Origin: Hyphomicrobiaceae bacterium
GTDB lineage: Bacteria > Pseudomonadota > Alphaproteobacteria > Rhizobiales > Hyphomicrobiaceae
Reading direction: 5' to 3'
DNA length: 64,000 bases
Assembly: GCA_031429105.1 (NCBI GenBank)
Contig: JANOYV010000090.1
Span: 2,161 to 66,160 of the forward strand
Within the stretch, counting starts at the first letter, position 1; each line of letters begins with the position of its first letter. Under the pieces are notes generated by a model. The model made no database searches. It saw nothing but the letters and a program-made list of their open reading frames with translations, and was not told the origin of the DNA. Shown piece by piece: positions 19,726 through 30,432 of the stretch. The translations under genes and the position numbers were made by a program.

Positions 19726-21633
19726 CTACGTCTGTGCGCCCGCCGCAAGCTTGCGCTCCCAGACCAGTGCAAGTTCGTCGACGCGCCGCAAAATCGCCGG
19801 CGGGTCGCGATCCTCCATTGTCGCAAGCAACCAGCTCAGGGTCGGTCCAGCCGTCCTGGCCGTGACCCAGCTCAGCCCCGCTGACAGCAACAATCCGAGC
19901 AGAATGGGGGCGGTCCATGCCATCAGGCTGTAGGACACGACATAGCAGATCAAAGCCGCTGCAATCCCAAGCGCGATGTGCCAGCGATGAAACAACACCG
20001 CATCGGTGATACGCACCCGTCCGTCATCCCGGCGCTGCGCGCTCCAACCGGCGTCACGACCAACCAATATTTGGGCCACAGCAGACGTTTGGGTTACCAT
20101 CAAGATTGGCGCGAACAGCATTGAATAGATGGTTTCCGTTGCGACGCCCGCGACCGCGCGCGCTGCCGCCATCGGGTGTGCCGCCCGCCGGGCCCGCTCA
20201 ATCTCCAAAATGAGCCCGAGCACTTTGGGCAAAAGCACGACGGCCATTGTTGCCATGAACAACCGAAAGGCAGCGCCCGGATCGATCACCGGCCAAATCG
20301 GGATCAACGATTTAGCATCACGAAAATAGCTGGGCACCAACTGTTGACCCTGCAGCGCAAGGACCAGTCCAACGATCAACGATAGTGCCCAAATCGCCGA
20401 TACGGCATAGGCACAAATCCCCATCCCAAGATGGATGCGCCCCATGGCCGTCAGACCAGGTTTCGTGACGATTGCAAGATGCTGCAGATTACCCTGCGCC
20501 CAGCGCCTGTCCCGAACCGCCAACTCAAGCAACCCGGGCGGCGCCCCCTCGTAGGAGCCTTGGATCGTCGGGGCCATGTGCACTTCCCACCCGGCGCGCT
20601 GCAACAAAACGGCCTCGACAAAATCATGGCTGAGGATGTTACCGCCAAACGGTGCCTGGCCTGGCAACTCGGGCAAACCGGCTGCTGTCGCAAACGCTGC
20701 CGTTCGAATAATCGCGTTGTGGCCCCAATAGTTGCCCTGGTGGCGATGCCAAACGGCCAAGCCGACGGAAACGGCTGGACCATACGTGCCAGCCGCAAAC
20801 TGCTGCAGCTTCTGGAACGTCGTGCGACCACCGGCTAGTTTCGGCACGGTCTGGATCAAGCCGACCCGGGGGCGCAGTTGCATGGCGCCTGCAAGCCGAA
20901 CGAGCGTATCACCCGACATGACACTATCAGCATCGAGGATAACGAACGTCTGATAAGCACCGCCAAAACGTTCAAGCCAAGCCTTGATGTTGCCAGCTTT
21001 TTTGGCCGTGTTTTGCGCCCGCCGCCGATAGTATACATTGGCATGATCGGTAAGGGCCTGGCTCAGTTGCCGGTACGCATCGGCTTCACTGGCGGCCGCT
21101 ATCGCATCACGCGTATCGCTTAGAATAAAAACGTCGAAGCGGTCGCTCGCATCATGAGCGCTGAGGTCTTCAACGATGGCGTTGATACAGGCGGCGATTC
21201 GGGCAGGTGCCTCCTGGTAGACGGGAAACAGCAAAGCCGTGCGTGTGCCTGTGGCCAAGACCGCATTTGCCGCTGGCAACTCGATTGATGGATCGTGATC
21301 GCGTGCAAACAAGGGCAGAAATCCCATCGCTGCCGAAAGCGACCCAAACGCGATCCAGCTGAACGTCAACGTGGAAAAAATCAGAAATAGAAACTGGATC
21401 GGCGTCATCCTGACGAATGACAAAACAGAATAAAGTTCAACTGCAAAGGCGACCGTCAGAAGGCTACCGCCAAACAGCAACGCGGCGCGCGGCACCCATA
21501 ACCCCGGATCATCGCTGGAAGGGGCGACCTCGATTGAATGGTCGAAATTTTGGTCCGGGACTGGTAAAGCGCGCTCCGCTGGTAACCAGCAAGGTCCGAT
21601 GTCACGCGGTTGCTCCGCCCCATCAGCGCTCAT
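19726..21633 (-). CDS. opgH: glucans biosynthesis glucosyltransferase H
   Basis: GT2 core (..VFILSDT.., ..FVILDADS.., ..RDRRWAQGNLQH..) flanked by TM segments. The ATG at 21633 forms an ATGA overlap with the upstream opgD stop, so the ORF-track start at 21711 is rejected. Confidence 0.9.
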   Translation of the reverse strand: MSADGAEQPRDIGPCWLPAERALPVPDQNFDHSIEVAPSSDDPGLWVPRAALLFGGSLLTVAFAVELYSVLSFVRMTPIQFLFLIFSTLTFSWIAFGSLSAAMGFLPLFARDHDPSIELPAANAVLATGTRTALLFPVYQEAPARIAACINAIVEDLSAHDASDRFDVFILSDTRDAIAAASEADAYRQLSQALTDHANVYYRRRAQNTAKKAGNIKAWLERFGGAYQTFVILDADSVMSGDTLVRLAGAMQLRPRVGLIQTVPKLAGGRTTFQKLQQFAAGTYGPAVSVGLAVWHRHQGNYWGHNAIIRTAAFATAAGLPELPGQAPFGGNILSHDFVEAVLLQRAGWEVHMAPTIQGSYEGAPPGLLELAVRDRRWAQGNLQHLAIVTKPGLTAMGRIHLGMGICAYAVSAIWALSLIVGLVLALQGQQLVPSYFRDAKSLIPIWPVIDPGAAFRLFMATMAVVLLPKVLGLILEIERARRAAHPMAAARAVAGVATETIYSMLFAPILMVTQTSAVAQILVGRDAGWSAQRRDDGRVRITDAVLFHRWHIALGIAAALICYVVSYSLMAWTAPILLGLLLSAGLSWVTARTAGPTLSWLLATMEDRDPPAILRRVDELALVWERKLAAGAQT

Positions 21634-23189
21634 GCCTTGGTCCAACGGTAGAGCCAACTTTCGGAAATCGGTTGTTCGTTCATGCGCAGGAACAATCGAA
21701 GCTCGACCCATTCGGAGGCTGCAGGTTGCAATTCAAACGTGCATCGCAGACCGCCGATATCGCCATGTCGCTGCACCAGCACATTGGTGACTGTGGCCCC
21801 ACCACTTGCGCTAATGTCAGCCACCGGCAGGTCCTTTAAGTCCTTGACCCCAGGTCCGTCAAAGTCGATCGAAAAAACGACCGCACCCTTGCGGGTGAGC
21901 CCAACCCGTGTCTTGCGGACGCGCCCACCCGTCCATGCCACCGGCACGGCGTCGCCCCAATGGAGGCGATAGGCCAGTTTGTAGGGCTTTTCTGCTTCGA
22001 TCGGCTTCGTCGGTCGCCAAAACACGGTAATATTGTCGTGGATTTCGTCTTCAGCTGGGATTTCGAAGAGTTCAACCGCCCCATCTCCCCACGCGCCCTT
22101 CGGCTCGACCCAAACCGTGGGACGGCGCTCAAAGCGGCCATCCAAGTCCTCGAAGTTGTTGAAGCTGCGATCACGCTGGCTTAGGCCAAAGCCTTTCGGG
22201 TCTCGATCAACGAACGCGCTGGTTTGCAGTTTGCGCGGGTTGGTCAGTGGCCGCCACAAGCGCTCACCCTTGCCATTGAGAATGGCGAGCCCCTCACTAT
22301 CGTGCACGGACGGACGCAAATCGTTGCCGTTCCGACGCGAAGCCGACCCGTGCAGGAACATGCTCGTCAGCGGCGCAAGCCCCAAGAATTGAATTTCGCG
22401 CCGAGGGAACAGCGTCAACTCCACGTCGATCACCGTGGTTGTTCCAGGCCCGATGACAAAACGATAAGCGCCCGTTGTCGACGGCGAGTCGAGCAAAGCC
22501 TGCACAACGATTTCTGTTGCTCCAGGCTTTGGCTTTTCAATCCAAAACGCGCGAAACAGCGGTACTTCTTCGCCGCCCGGCCGACCTGTGTTGACAGCTA
22601 ATCCGCGCGCCGACAAACCGTAGCTTTGCCCCCGACCGACGCTGCGAAAGAAACTCGCGCCTTGGAAGACTGCGTATTCGTCGAAGAAGTCTGATCGATT
22701 GATCGGGCCATGCACTCTGAAACCGGAAAAAGCAAACGGTGCTCCCTGGGGCGCATTGGGGATTTGACCACCGACTGTGAAGAGAGTGCCGTCCGCCTTC
22801 AAAGCGCGCGCCCGCCCGCCTTCGACGACAAAAATATCGACCGGCGCATCGTAAAGCCAGCCATAAGCGAATAACTGCAATTCCGCATCGAGTTTCTCGC
22901 CGCGCCACAAGCCTTGATCGGCCCTGAAGCGAATATCGCGGTACTGTTCGGCTGAAAGTTTGCTGAAAGGCTCTGGAACATCCACTTTTGGCTTCTGGAA
23001 TGGGCGAACCGCCAGCGCTTGCGCCAGCTTGCCAACATGGTCAGGACTCAACACATCGCCCGTGTCAGTGCTCGTGCCTTGCGCATGCGCCGAAGCAAGC
23101 CCCCCCAACATATCCAGCGTCGCCTGCAACAGCATCGTTGAAGCCCCAGCCCCCACGACCGACCGCCGACTTAACCGCTTCCCTGACAT
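21630..23189 (-). CDS. opgD: periplasmic glucan biosynthesis protein, OpgG/OpgD family (twin-arginine signal)
   Basis: 519 aa. The N-terminal ..LSRRSVVGAGAS..AHA is a Tat-type signal. The MdoG-family body (..FRADQGLWRGE.., ..FFRSVG.., ..SAFVD..PKGFGL.QRDR.F..) is translationally coupled to opgH. Confidence 0.88.
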   Translation of the reverse strand: MSGKRLSRRSVVGAGASTMLLQATLDMLGGLASAHAQGTSTDTGDVLSPDHVGKLAQALAVRPFQKPKVDVPEPFSKLSAEQYRDIRFRADQGLWRGEKLDAELQLFAYGWLYDAPVDIFVVEGGRARALKADGTLFTVGGQIPNAPQGAPFAFSGFRVHGPINRSDFFDEYAVFQGASFFRSVGRGQSYGLSARGLAVNTGRPGGEEVPLFRAFWIEKPKPGATEIVVQALLDSPSTTGAYRFVIGPGTTTVIDVELTLFPRREIQFLGLAPLTSMFLHGSASRRNGNDLRPSVHDSEGLAILNGKGERLWRPLTNPRKLQTSAFVDRDPKGFGLSQRDRSFNNFEDLDGRFERRPTVWVEPKGAWGDGAVELFEIPAEDEIHDNITVFWRPTKPIEAEKPYKLAYRLHWGDAVPVAWTGGRVRKTRVGLTRKGAVVFSIDFDGPGVKDLKDLPVADISASGGATVTNVLVQRHGDIGGLRCTFELQPAASEWVELRLFLRMNEQPISESWLYRWTKA

Positions 23190-23444
23190 CGCGTTCTAAC
23201 CAAGCTTCCGATTCAACAATAATGCAGCGGTCGCTGCGGCATTCTTCCGACTCACTGTCCCCGCCGCGCAGCTCTACAGGGCAGCCAGTGCCAGAATTGC
23301 GGCACCGCAGCAAACTAAGCGATGCAGTCCGATCACAGCTGGATAACTGCAACAATCCCCGGCCTTGCGGTTCGGTTGCTGCGATATAGAGTCAACGCGA
23401 CCACCGCAACGAGTAATCCAGCTAGTGTAAAGGTGTGCACCATT

Positions 23445-23867
23445 ATGCCCATTCAGGAACAGACGATGATCGACGCGATCATGCACTTGCGTGGTCAGAT
23501 TGACTTCCTCTGGCAGTTCTTTGTCACTGTGCAATTGGCATTGTTCGCGCTGATTTTCATATATGACGAAGCAGTTGACAGCCTCAACGGTTTGGCCCGG
23601 GTGCTCGCCTTGTTCGGGCTCGGAATGTTCAGCTGGATCAATGGGAACGCGTTACGTGGCGCCTACCGGTTGATTGCCGCAGTTCATGAGCAATACAAGT
23701 TCGACTATGGCCAGGTCGGCCGCTTCAAGCCGGCCTTCCAACAAGCATTCGTTGACGCAAATTACGCGGGTCGCGATGAAATGGTTCTCTTAACCCACAG
23801 CGTGGCCTTTGCGGTCGTTGCCTTGGCGCTCTTGTTTCCAAGTTTCATTCAGCATCGGCGGCACTGA
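23445..23867 (+). CDS. hypothetical membrane protein
   Basis: ORF 23322-23867. The ATG at 23445 has AAGGTG upstream. There are three or four hydrophobic helices and no family recognised. Confidence 0.5.
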   Translation: MPIQEQTMIDAIMHLRGQIDFLWQFFVTVQLALFALIFIYDEAVDSLNGLARVLALFGLGMFSWINGNALRGAYRLIAAVHEQYKFDYGQVGRFKPAFQQAFVDANYAGRDEMVLLTHSVAFAVVALALLFPSFIQHRRH

Positions 23868-24162
23868 TCCGGTTGCGACAATTTGCTACACTTGGATTCG
23901 GACCTTAGGTTCTGCAGTCGGAATTTTTCGCATCGCGTTTTTTGAACCGCGTTTTATTTCAACTCTGGTTAATGATCGAAATTGCATACCCAATTGCCAA
24001 CAAAGCTCCACAGCGTGCCAGAACAAGCACGGAATATAGTGTGGCTAAACTTGATTGAACGAACAATACTGCGTTCGGGGGCATCGTTGATGTGCAGATC
24101 GTGCAGCAAAACCCAATTTGATCGGCGTCAACAATTTGCAGATTGTGTGATTGGAGGGGGGC

Positions 24163-24378
24163 GTGAATCTAACTCCACGGGAGATCGAAGTCCTCAGATG
24201 GATCGCGACTGGTAAATCAGATTGGCAGATTGGCCAAATCCTGAGCATTTCAGACAAAACAGTGAATTTTCATGTCGAAAACATGAAGCGGAAGTTGGGC
24301 GTCGCCACCCGCATTCAAGTGGTGGTCCAGGCCGTCCACGAAGGTAAGATCTACCCGGACCCAAATACTGCAGCGTGA
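24163..24378 (+). CDS. stand-alone LuxR/GerE-type HTH DNA-binding protein (about 71 aa)
   Basis: ..LTPREIEVLRWIATGKSDWQIGQILSISDKTVNFHVENMKRKLGV.. is the complete C-terminal HTH of quorum-sensing-type LuxR proteins. An in-frame TGA at 24148-24150 precludes an N-terminal receiver or autoinducer domain. GGAGG at 24153-24157 precedes the GTG at 24163. Confidence 0.7.
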   Translation: MNLTPREIEVLRWIATGKSDWQIGQILSISDKTVNFHVENMKRKLGVATRIQVVVQAVHEGKIYPDPNTAA

Positions 24379-24452
24379 GTGGTGTTTTTGCTCCCTTCGC
24401 CGTGGTACGGAATGATCCGCCTCGAACGAACCATCGATCCGCCTGGAACGAA

Positions 24453-25628
24453 ATGCTGATTTCTTTTTTTACGGAATTGCGAACGGCAAAAGTACCGGTG
24501 TCGGTCACTGAGTACTTGGCACTGATGCAGGCCATGGATAGCGAACTCGCACAGGGCAGCATCGAAAAGTTCTATTACCTTGCACGCACGTGCCTAGTTA
24601 AGGACGAGCGTCATCTCGACCGATTTGATCAGGTTTTCAGTCGTGTTTTCAAAGGTCTTCAAGCAACCGACGAGGCAATCAACGCGACCATCCCTGAGGA
24701 GTGGCTGAGAACCATTTCAGCCCTGCATTTGTCCGAACAGGAAAAGCGCCGCATCGAAGCGCTCGGTGGCTGGGACAAGATTATGGAGGAACTGCGTAAG
24801 CGTCTGGCCGAGCAAAAGGGGCGTCACCAAGGCGGATCGAAATGGATCGGCACCGGGGGCACTTCGCCGTATGGGGCAGACGGCTACAACCCCGCCGGCG
24901 TCCGGATCGGGCAAAAAGCAAATCGGAACAATCGCGCCATCAAAGTGTGGGATCAGCGCGAATACCAGGATCTTGATGATGGCGTTGCACTTGGAACCCG
25001 CAACATAAAGATTGCTCTGAGACGTCTACGGAAATTCGCTCGCGATGGCGCGCCCGAGGAATTGGACCTCGATGGCACCATCAAAGGCACAGCGCATAAG
25101 GGCTATTTGGACATTCACCTGCGGCCTGAGCGACGCAACACGGTTAAAGTGCTGCTTTTGTTGGACGTCGGCGGCTCGATGGACTGGCACATAGAAACAG
25201 CGGCTCAACTGTTTTCGGCCGCACGCACCGAGTTCAAGCATCTGGAATTCTTCTACTTCCATAATTGCCCCTATGAATTTCTTTGGAAGGACAATAGCCG
25301 CCGCTGGACAGACCGCACGCCCACGCACGAGGTGTTGCGGACATTCCCAGCCGATTACAAACTGATCTTCGTTGGCGATGCGTCGATGAGCCCATACGAG
25401 ATTTCTGTGCCCGGTGGCTCCGTTGAGCATATGAATGAGGAGCCGGGTGCTGCTTGGCTCAAGCGCATGACGGATGTTTATGAACGCAGCGTGTGGCTAA
25501 ACCCGGTTGCTGCCGATACCTGGGGATGGACTCCGTCGATCCGCATGATCCGCGAGTTGATGCACAACCGCATGTTCCCGCTAACGATTGGCGGCATTGA
25601 ATCGGCCATGCGGGCCTTGACGCGATAA
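24453..25628 (+). CDS. VWA domain protein, CoxE-like
   Basis: The N-terminus MLISFFTELRTAKVPVSVTEYLALMQAM.. and ..VLLLLDVGGSM.. (MIDAS-like DxGxS region) are typical of VWA_CoxE proteins. An alternative GTG at 24375 would overlap the LuxR stop (GTGA). Confidence 0.8.
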   Translation: MLISFFTELRTAKVPVSVTEYLALMQAMDSELAQGSIEKFYYLARTCLVKDERHLDRFDQVFSRVFKGLQATDEAINATIPEEWLRTISALHLSEQEKRRIEALGGWDKIMEELRKRLAEQKGRHQGGSKWIGTGGTSPYGADGYNPAGVRIGQKANRNNRAIKVWDQREYQDLDDGVALGTRNIKIALRRLRKFARDGAPEELDLDGTIKGTAHKGYLDIHLRPERRNTVKVLLLLDVGGSMDWHIETAAQLFSAARTEFKHLEFFYFHNCPYEFLWKDNSRRWTDRTPTHEVLRTFPADYKLIFVGDASMSPYEISVPGGSVEHMNEEPGAAWLKRMTDVYERSVWLNPVAADTWGWTPSIRMIRELMHNRMFPLTIGGIESAMRALTR

Positions 25629-25706
25629 GTCGCGATAAACAGCAATCTTGATCACATCACACCGCGATGGATTGACGGCACCCCCATTTTCGGACCACCT
25701 AGCCCC

Positions 25707-26255
25707 ATGAAAACAGGAATCAAAATTCTTGGCCTTGCCCTCGTCGCAGTGCACCTTGGTGGTTGCGGCAGCGGGGGTAGCGGCTTGGGTCTGAGCACCG
25801 GGTCACTATTTGCCGGTGGAAAAGCTGAAAGTGTAGCTACAGCCGCACCTATCGAAACGCCAAGTATGCGTGCAGCGCAAGTGGCCGCCGTTTCAGCGCG
25901 CAGCGCAAAGTGTGGCTATAACTACGATCCAACGCGTTTAAAATCAGGCTTTCTCGCGTCCGAAGCACAATCTGGCGCCGCCGCCGACATGGCGAAACTC
26001 GAACGCGAGTACGACGCCATTCGGGTCAAAGTGGCAGCAGCAATCGCAGCCGACCCTGAATTTTGCACTGAAGTAAAAACACGGAGCATTAAGGCCGACC
26101 TGACGCGGCATATGGCTGGCGATTACTCAGCACCAGTCAATAAAAGTGCTATCGATGAACGATTGCTCGCTTCGGGTCCACGCACGCGGGAAGTTTTGAA
26201 TCCAGAGTTCCTCAACGACAAATATGCATCAAAGACCAAGCGCGTTGAAGAATAA
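25707..26255 (+). CDS. hypothetical lipoprotein
   Basis: MKTGIKILGLALVAVHLGGCGSGG.. contains a lipobox (LGGC). The remainder is unassigned. Confidence 0.65.
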   Translation: MKTGIKILGLALVAVHLGGCGSGGSGLGLSTGSLFAGGKAESVATAAPIETPSMRAAQVAAVSARSAKCGYNYDPTRLKSGFLASEAQSGAAADMAKLEREYDAIRVKVAAAIAADPEFCTEVKTRSIKADLTRHMAGDYSAPVNKSAIDERLLASGPRTREVLNPEFLNDKYASKTKRVEE

Positions 26256-26279
26256 CTGGCTCGACACAGCGTCTGGACC

Positions 26280-26654
26280 GTGTTGTTGATGTTGCAGCAA
26301 CTGCTTCTCGCGGAGGTCATTTTAAAAGGCAGCGCGGGCATTGTCCTCGCGCTGGGTCCAGGTCACGCTTCCGCGATGTTGGGGATGCCATCAGTCGGCA
26401 ACGGGTTCTGGTCGCGAATGGTCGGGGCCCTTTTGCTTGGCCTGACCGCGGCTCTCCTCTTCCAAGGCATGGTCCCTTCGGTGCGGATGATCACACCGGC
26501 CGGACTGATCGCAATTAATCTTTTCGGCGCGGGCATGATCGTTAGCTTGCTGGTCCTGGGAAAGGCTTCCTTAACCCGCCGGGGCAACGTCCTACTTTGG
26601 GTCATTGCCATCAACTTAGGCTTGCTCAGCCTGTTTGAAATTTCCTTTATTTGA
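26280..26654 (+). CDS. hypothetical small membrane protein
   Basis: 124-aa ORF with four hydrophobic helices. It lies 24 nt after the lipoprotein gene. Confidence 0.5.
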   Translation: MLLMLQQLLLAEVILKGSAGIVLALGPGHASAMLGMPSVGNGFWSRMVGALLLGLTAALLFQGMVPSVRMITPAGLIAINLFGAGMIVSLLVLGKASLTRRGNVLLWVIAINLGLLSLFEISFI

Positions 26655-26747
26655 TTGGTTAGCAGCGGTTCGCGCTGACCGTCCCCTGGCACGCGACTTG
26701 CTCCCATTTCGAGCAGGATCAAGTTGTTGAGACGGGGATAGACTGCA

Positions 26748-28055
26748 ATGACGGGCATGATCGAGGGTTTGACTAGCCCAGAGGCACACGGGTTTTTCCG
26801 CGCGGAACGTTCGACGGATCGGCTTATCATTGGGTCAACGCCTTCAACGTCGCCGGTCGAATCGGTCGCCACAGAGCCGATCACTTTTGAAATCGTGCGC
26901 TCGCGCGCTGGGCTAGAAGCACTATCAATCGAATGGATCGCTTTGTTTGAACGCAGCGGCCGAGCCCATCAGGTCTTCCAAACGTTCAATTGGAACTGGC
27001 AGTGGGCTGAGGCATTCCTGTCATCGAGTGCACACGTCAGCCCTATCGCAATCCTGACGGGTCGCTCCGGTGGACGCTTGGTCACGCTGTGGCCGATGGT
27101 GCTTGAGCGGCGCGGCCCTCTCCTGGAGCTTTGCTGGATGGGTGAACCCGTTAGCCAATACGGCGATGTTCTGCTGGACAAAGACATCGCCGACCCCCTC
27201 TCCATCCTGCGATTGGGTTGGGAACATATCATCGCAAATTTGAAACCTGATTTGGCACGCCTGCGCAAAGTACGCGCTGATGCCGTCATCGCGCCGTTGC
27301 TTGATGCGCTAAACTCTCTGCATACCGCTGAACTGGATGCTCCTTATGTCGATCTAACGAAGGCAGCCAATTTTGCCGCCTACGAGGAGCGGTTTCCCAA
27401 TCGGGCACGCCGCAATCGTCGCCGACAAATGCGACGACTGGAAGAAGCGGGCGCCGTTACGTTCCAGCATTTGGGCGAAGGTGCCGAGGCAAGCGAGTTT
27501 GCGGAGACTGGCATTGCCTTGAAGCGCCAGTGGTTGATTGAGCGCGGTTATGTCTCGCCAGCTCTGGCCGATGCGCGGATGAGCCGGTTCATGAAAGCTG
27601 CGACCGATACTACAGCGCATTCGACCGCAGCCAGGGTTTCGGTATTGCACGCTGGCCACCAGACCGCTGCCATTCAGATTGGCTTCGATTGTCGAAAAAC
27701 ACGCGCACTGCATGTGATTGTCTACGACCGGCAATTTGAAAAGATGGCAGCTGGCGTTTTGCATCTTGAAGAAACCATTCGTCACGGCTTTGACGAGGGA
27801 CTTGAGCGCATCGATTTGCTGGCACCAGCAGCCGCTTACAAACTCGAGTGGGCTGACGGTAAGGTTGCCGTTGTCGATCACGCAATCGGGTTGTCGGTTA
27901 AAGGGCGGATCTATGCCCGGGTTTATCTTGGCTACTTGCGTAACCACCTCAAGGCCGCCGTCGAGCGACTGCCGCACAAGGTGCGCCAAGTCATGGTCAC
28001 GTCGCATCTTCGATCGGCGGCCAAGCGGATCACTAGCGTGTTCGCCCTCGCCTGA
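26748..28055 (+). CDS. CelD/BcsL-like GNAT-fold acyltransferase (FemAB-like)
   Basis: 435 aa. The ..LEALSIEWIALFERS....VFQTFNWNWQWAEAF.. opening and overall length are typical of the CelD-like acetyltransferase family. Confidence 0.65.
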   Translation: MTGMIEGLTSPEAHGFFRAERSTDRLIIGSTPSTSPVESVATEPITFEIVRSRAGLEALSIEWIALFERSGRAHQVFQTFNWNWQWAEAFLSSSAHVSPIAILTGRSGGRLVTLWPMVLERRGPLLELCWMGEPVSQYGDVLLDKDIADPLSILRLGWEHIIANLKPDLARLRKVRADAVIAPLLDALNSLHTAELDAPYVDLTKAANFAAYEERFPNRARRNRRRQMRRLEEAGAVTFQHLGEGAEASEFAETGIALKRQWLIERGYVSPALADARMSRFMKAATDTTAHSTAARVSVLHAGHQTAAIQIGFDCRKTRALHVIVYDRQFEKMAAGVLHLEETIRHGFDEGLERIDLLAPAAAYKLEWADGKVAVVDHAIGLSVKGRIYARVYLGYLRNHLKAAVERLPHKVRQVMVTSHLRSAAKRITSVFALA

Positions 28056-28075
28056 GCAAAGCGCGAACTTCGCCG

Positions 28076-29182
<1,107 letters not shown>

Positions 29183-29270
29183 TCAAACAGCGCAAATTCC
29201 GATTGCCGATGCCGAACGGCCTGATCGGCGCTTGCATCCTGATCACGACGATGCGTCGTGCAAGCTCCGG

Positions 29271-29591
29271 TCAGAACTGCTTCGCTGGCACCCGGACTTG
29301 AAGACCGTCAAGCTCAGGCGTAATTTTGATCTGGCATGCCAGCCTGCTCGTTTCCTGAACATCAAAGGCAAAATCGAGCATATCTTCTTCCATAACGGCT
29401 GGCTTGCCGACTTTAGCGCGCCAGGCATCATCAATGTAGACGTGGCAGGTTGCACAAGCACATGCACCGCCGCACTCGGCGTCGACGCCAGTGATGGTAT
29501 TGATTTTCGCCGCCTCCATAACCGTCAGGCCAACTTCGGCCTCTACGGTCTGCGCGCTGCCATCTGGTTGGACGAACGTAATCTTTGCCAT
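29271..29591 (-). CDS. 2Fe-2S ferredoxin, adrenodoxin/putidaredoxin type
   Basis: MAKITFVQPDGS..ECGGACACATCHV..RLACQI... The ATG at 29591 gives 106 aa, so the 171-aa ORF-track version is an upstream extension. Confidence 0.9.
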   Translation of the reverse strand: MAKITFVQPDGSAQTVEAEVGLTVMEAAKINTITGVDAECGGACACATCHVYIDDAWRAKVGKPAVMEEDMLDFAFDVQETSRLACQIKITPELDGLQVRVPAKQF

Positions 29592-29710
29592 GCCACGAGC
29601 CTTGCCTGCGGGATCCTTGAGGGTCAAACCCTCCAAGTCAGCGTGCGTCGCCGCACAGCCGACCAATGGCGTACCTGTTAGCCAGTCAGGATCAGGATGA
29701 CAAGGCGACG

Positions 29711-30094
29711 TTACAGCGCTTCCGCCTTGATGAAGGCGCACGCCTCGTCGAGCGCAAGTTGAATCTTGGCTACTCCAAACGGCCATGACGCAGTGTCTGT
29801 GACCAGAAGTTCGGCTTCCGCAGCAGCACGGGCCACGCCGTGAGCACCGATAGCGCCAGCAGAGCCTTTTAGAGTGTGGGCGGCGTCGCGCCAGTCTTTA
29901 GCTGTTACCGCTTGTTGCAGCCGCCCGACGATCAATGGCGCCTGACCTGAGAACAATTGCAGAACTTCGAGTTCCAGATCCCGATTGCCAAGCGTGAACC
30001 GCCGCAAATGCACCAGATCCACCGGCGCCTTAGCAGTCGGCTCACTTGTCGCAACCGTCGGTCTGAACTCTCTGCGCGTTTCCGCCTGCAACAT
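29711..30094 (-). CDS. single-domain histidine phosphotransfer (Hpt) protein
   Basis: 127 aa with ..AAHTLKGSAGAIGAHGVARAA.. (the HxxKG phospho-His motif). Confidence 0.75.
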   Translation of the reverse strand: MLQAETRREFRPTVATSEPTAKAPVDLVHLRRFTLGNRDLELEVLQLFSGQAPLIVGRLQQAVTAKDWRDAAHTLKGSAGAIGAHGVARAAAEAELLVTDTASWPFGVAKIQLALDEACAFIKAEAL

Positions 30095-30432
30095 ATCGAC
30101 ACCATCCCCGCCACTTCCAATTCAATGTTGCACACAGCCCGATAAGACCGCGTTAATCGGCCTACCGATCTTTACCGATCAACTGCAACACACCGGAAAC
30201 CGCATCCAATCCTGTTGACATCGCATAGTGATCCTTGCTTTCGCCCTAAACGGTCGATAGTCGGCAGGAGGTGTCAAGTTGAGCGGTATTGGGGTAAGTT
30301 CTTCTCACCACAAAGTATTTAGGTGTTTAGTGCATGCGGGCAGTTTATTCGCATGATGCATTGGGGCAAGGTACGGGGATGTGGTTGATTCTGATCAAGG
30401 GTGACATCCCTTGTTCACAGCCAGGCGGGTGA

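Noticed and set aside
21634-21711. Extended N-termini from the ORF track: opgH from 21711, crtW from 61658, pgk from 43504, ferredoxin from 29786 and the ExoR-like gene from 3893
   Set aside because: Each extension overlaps the neighbouring gene or adds non-conserved Arg-rich sequence. Internal starts restore canonical N-termini and classic ATGA or short-gap junctions.
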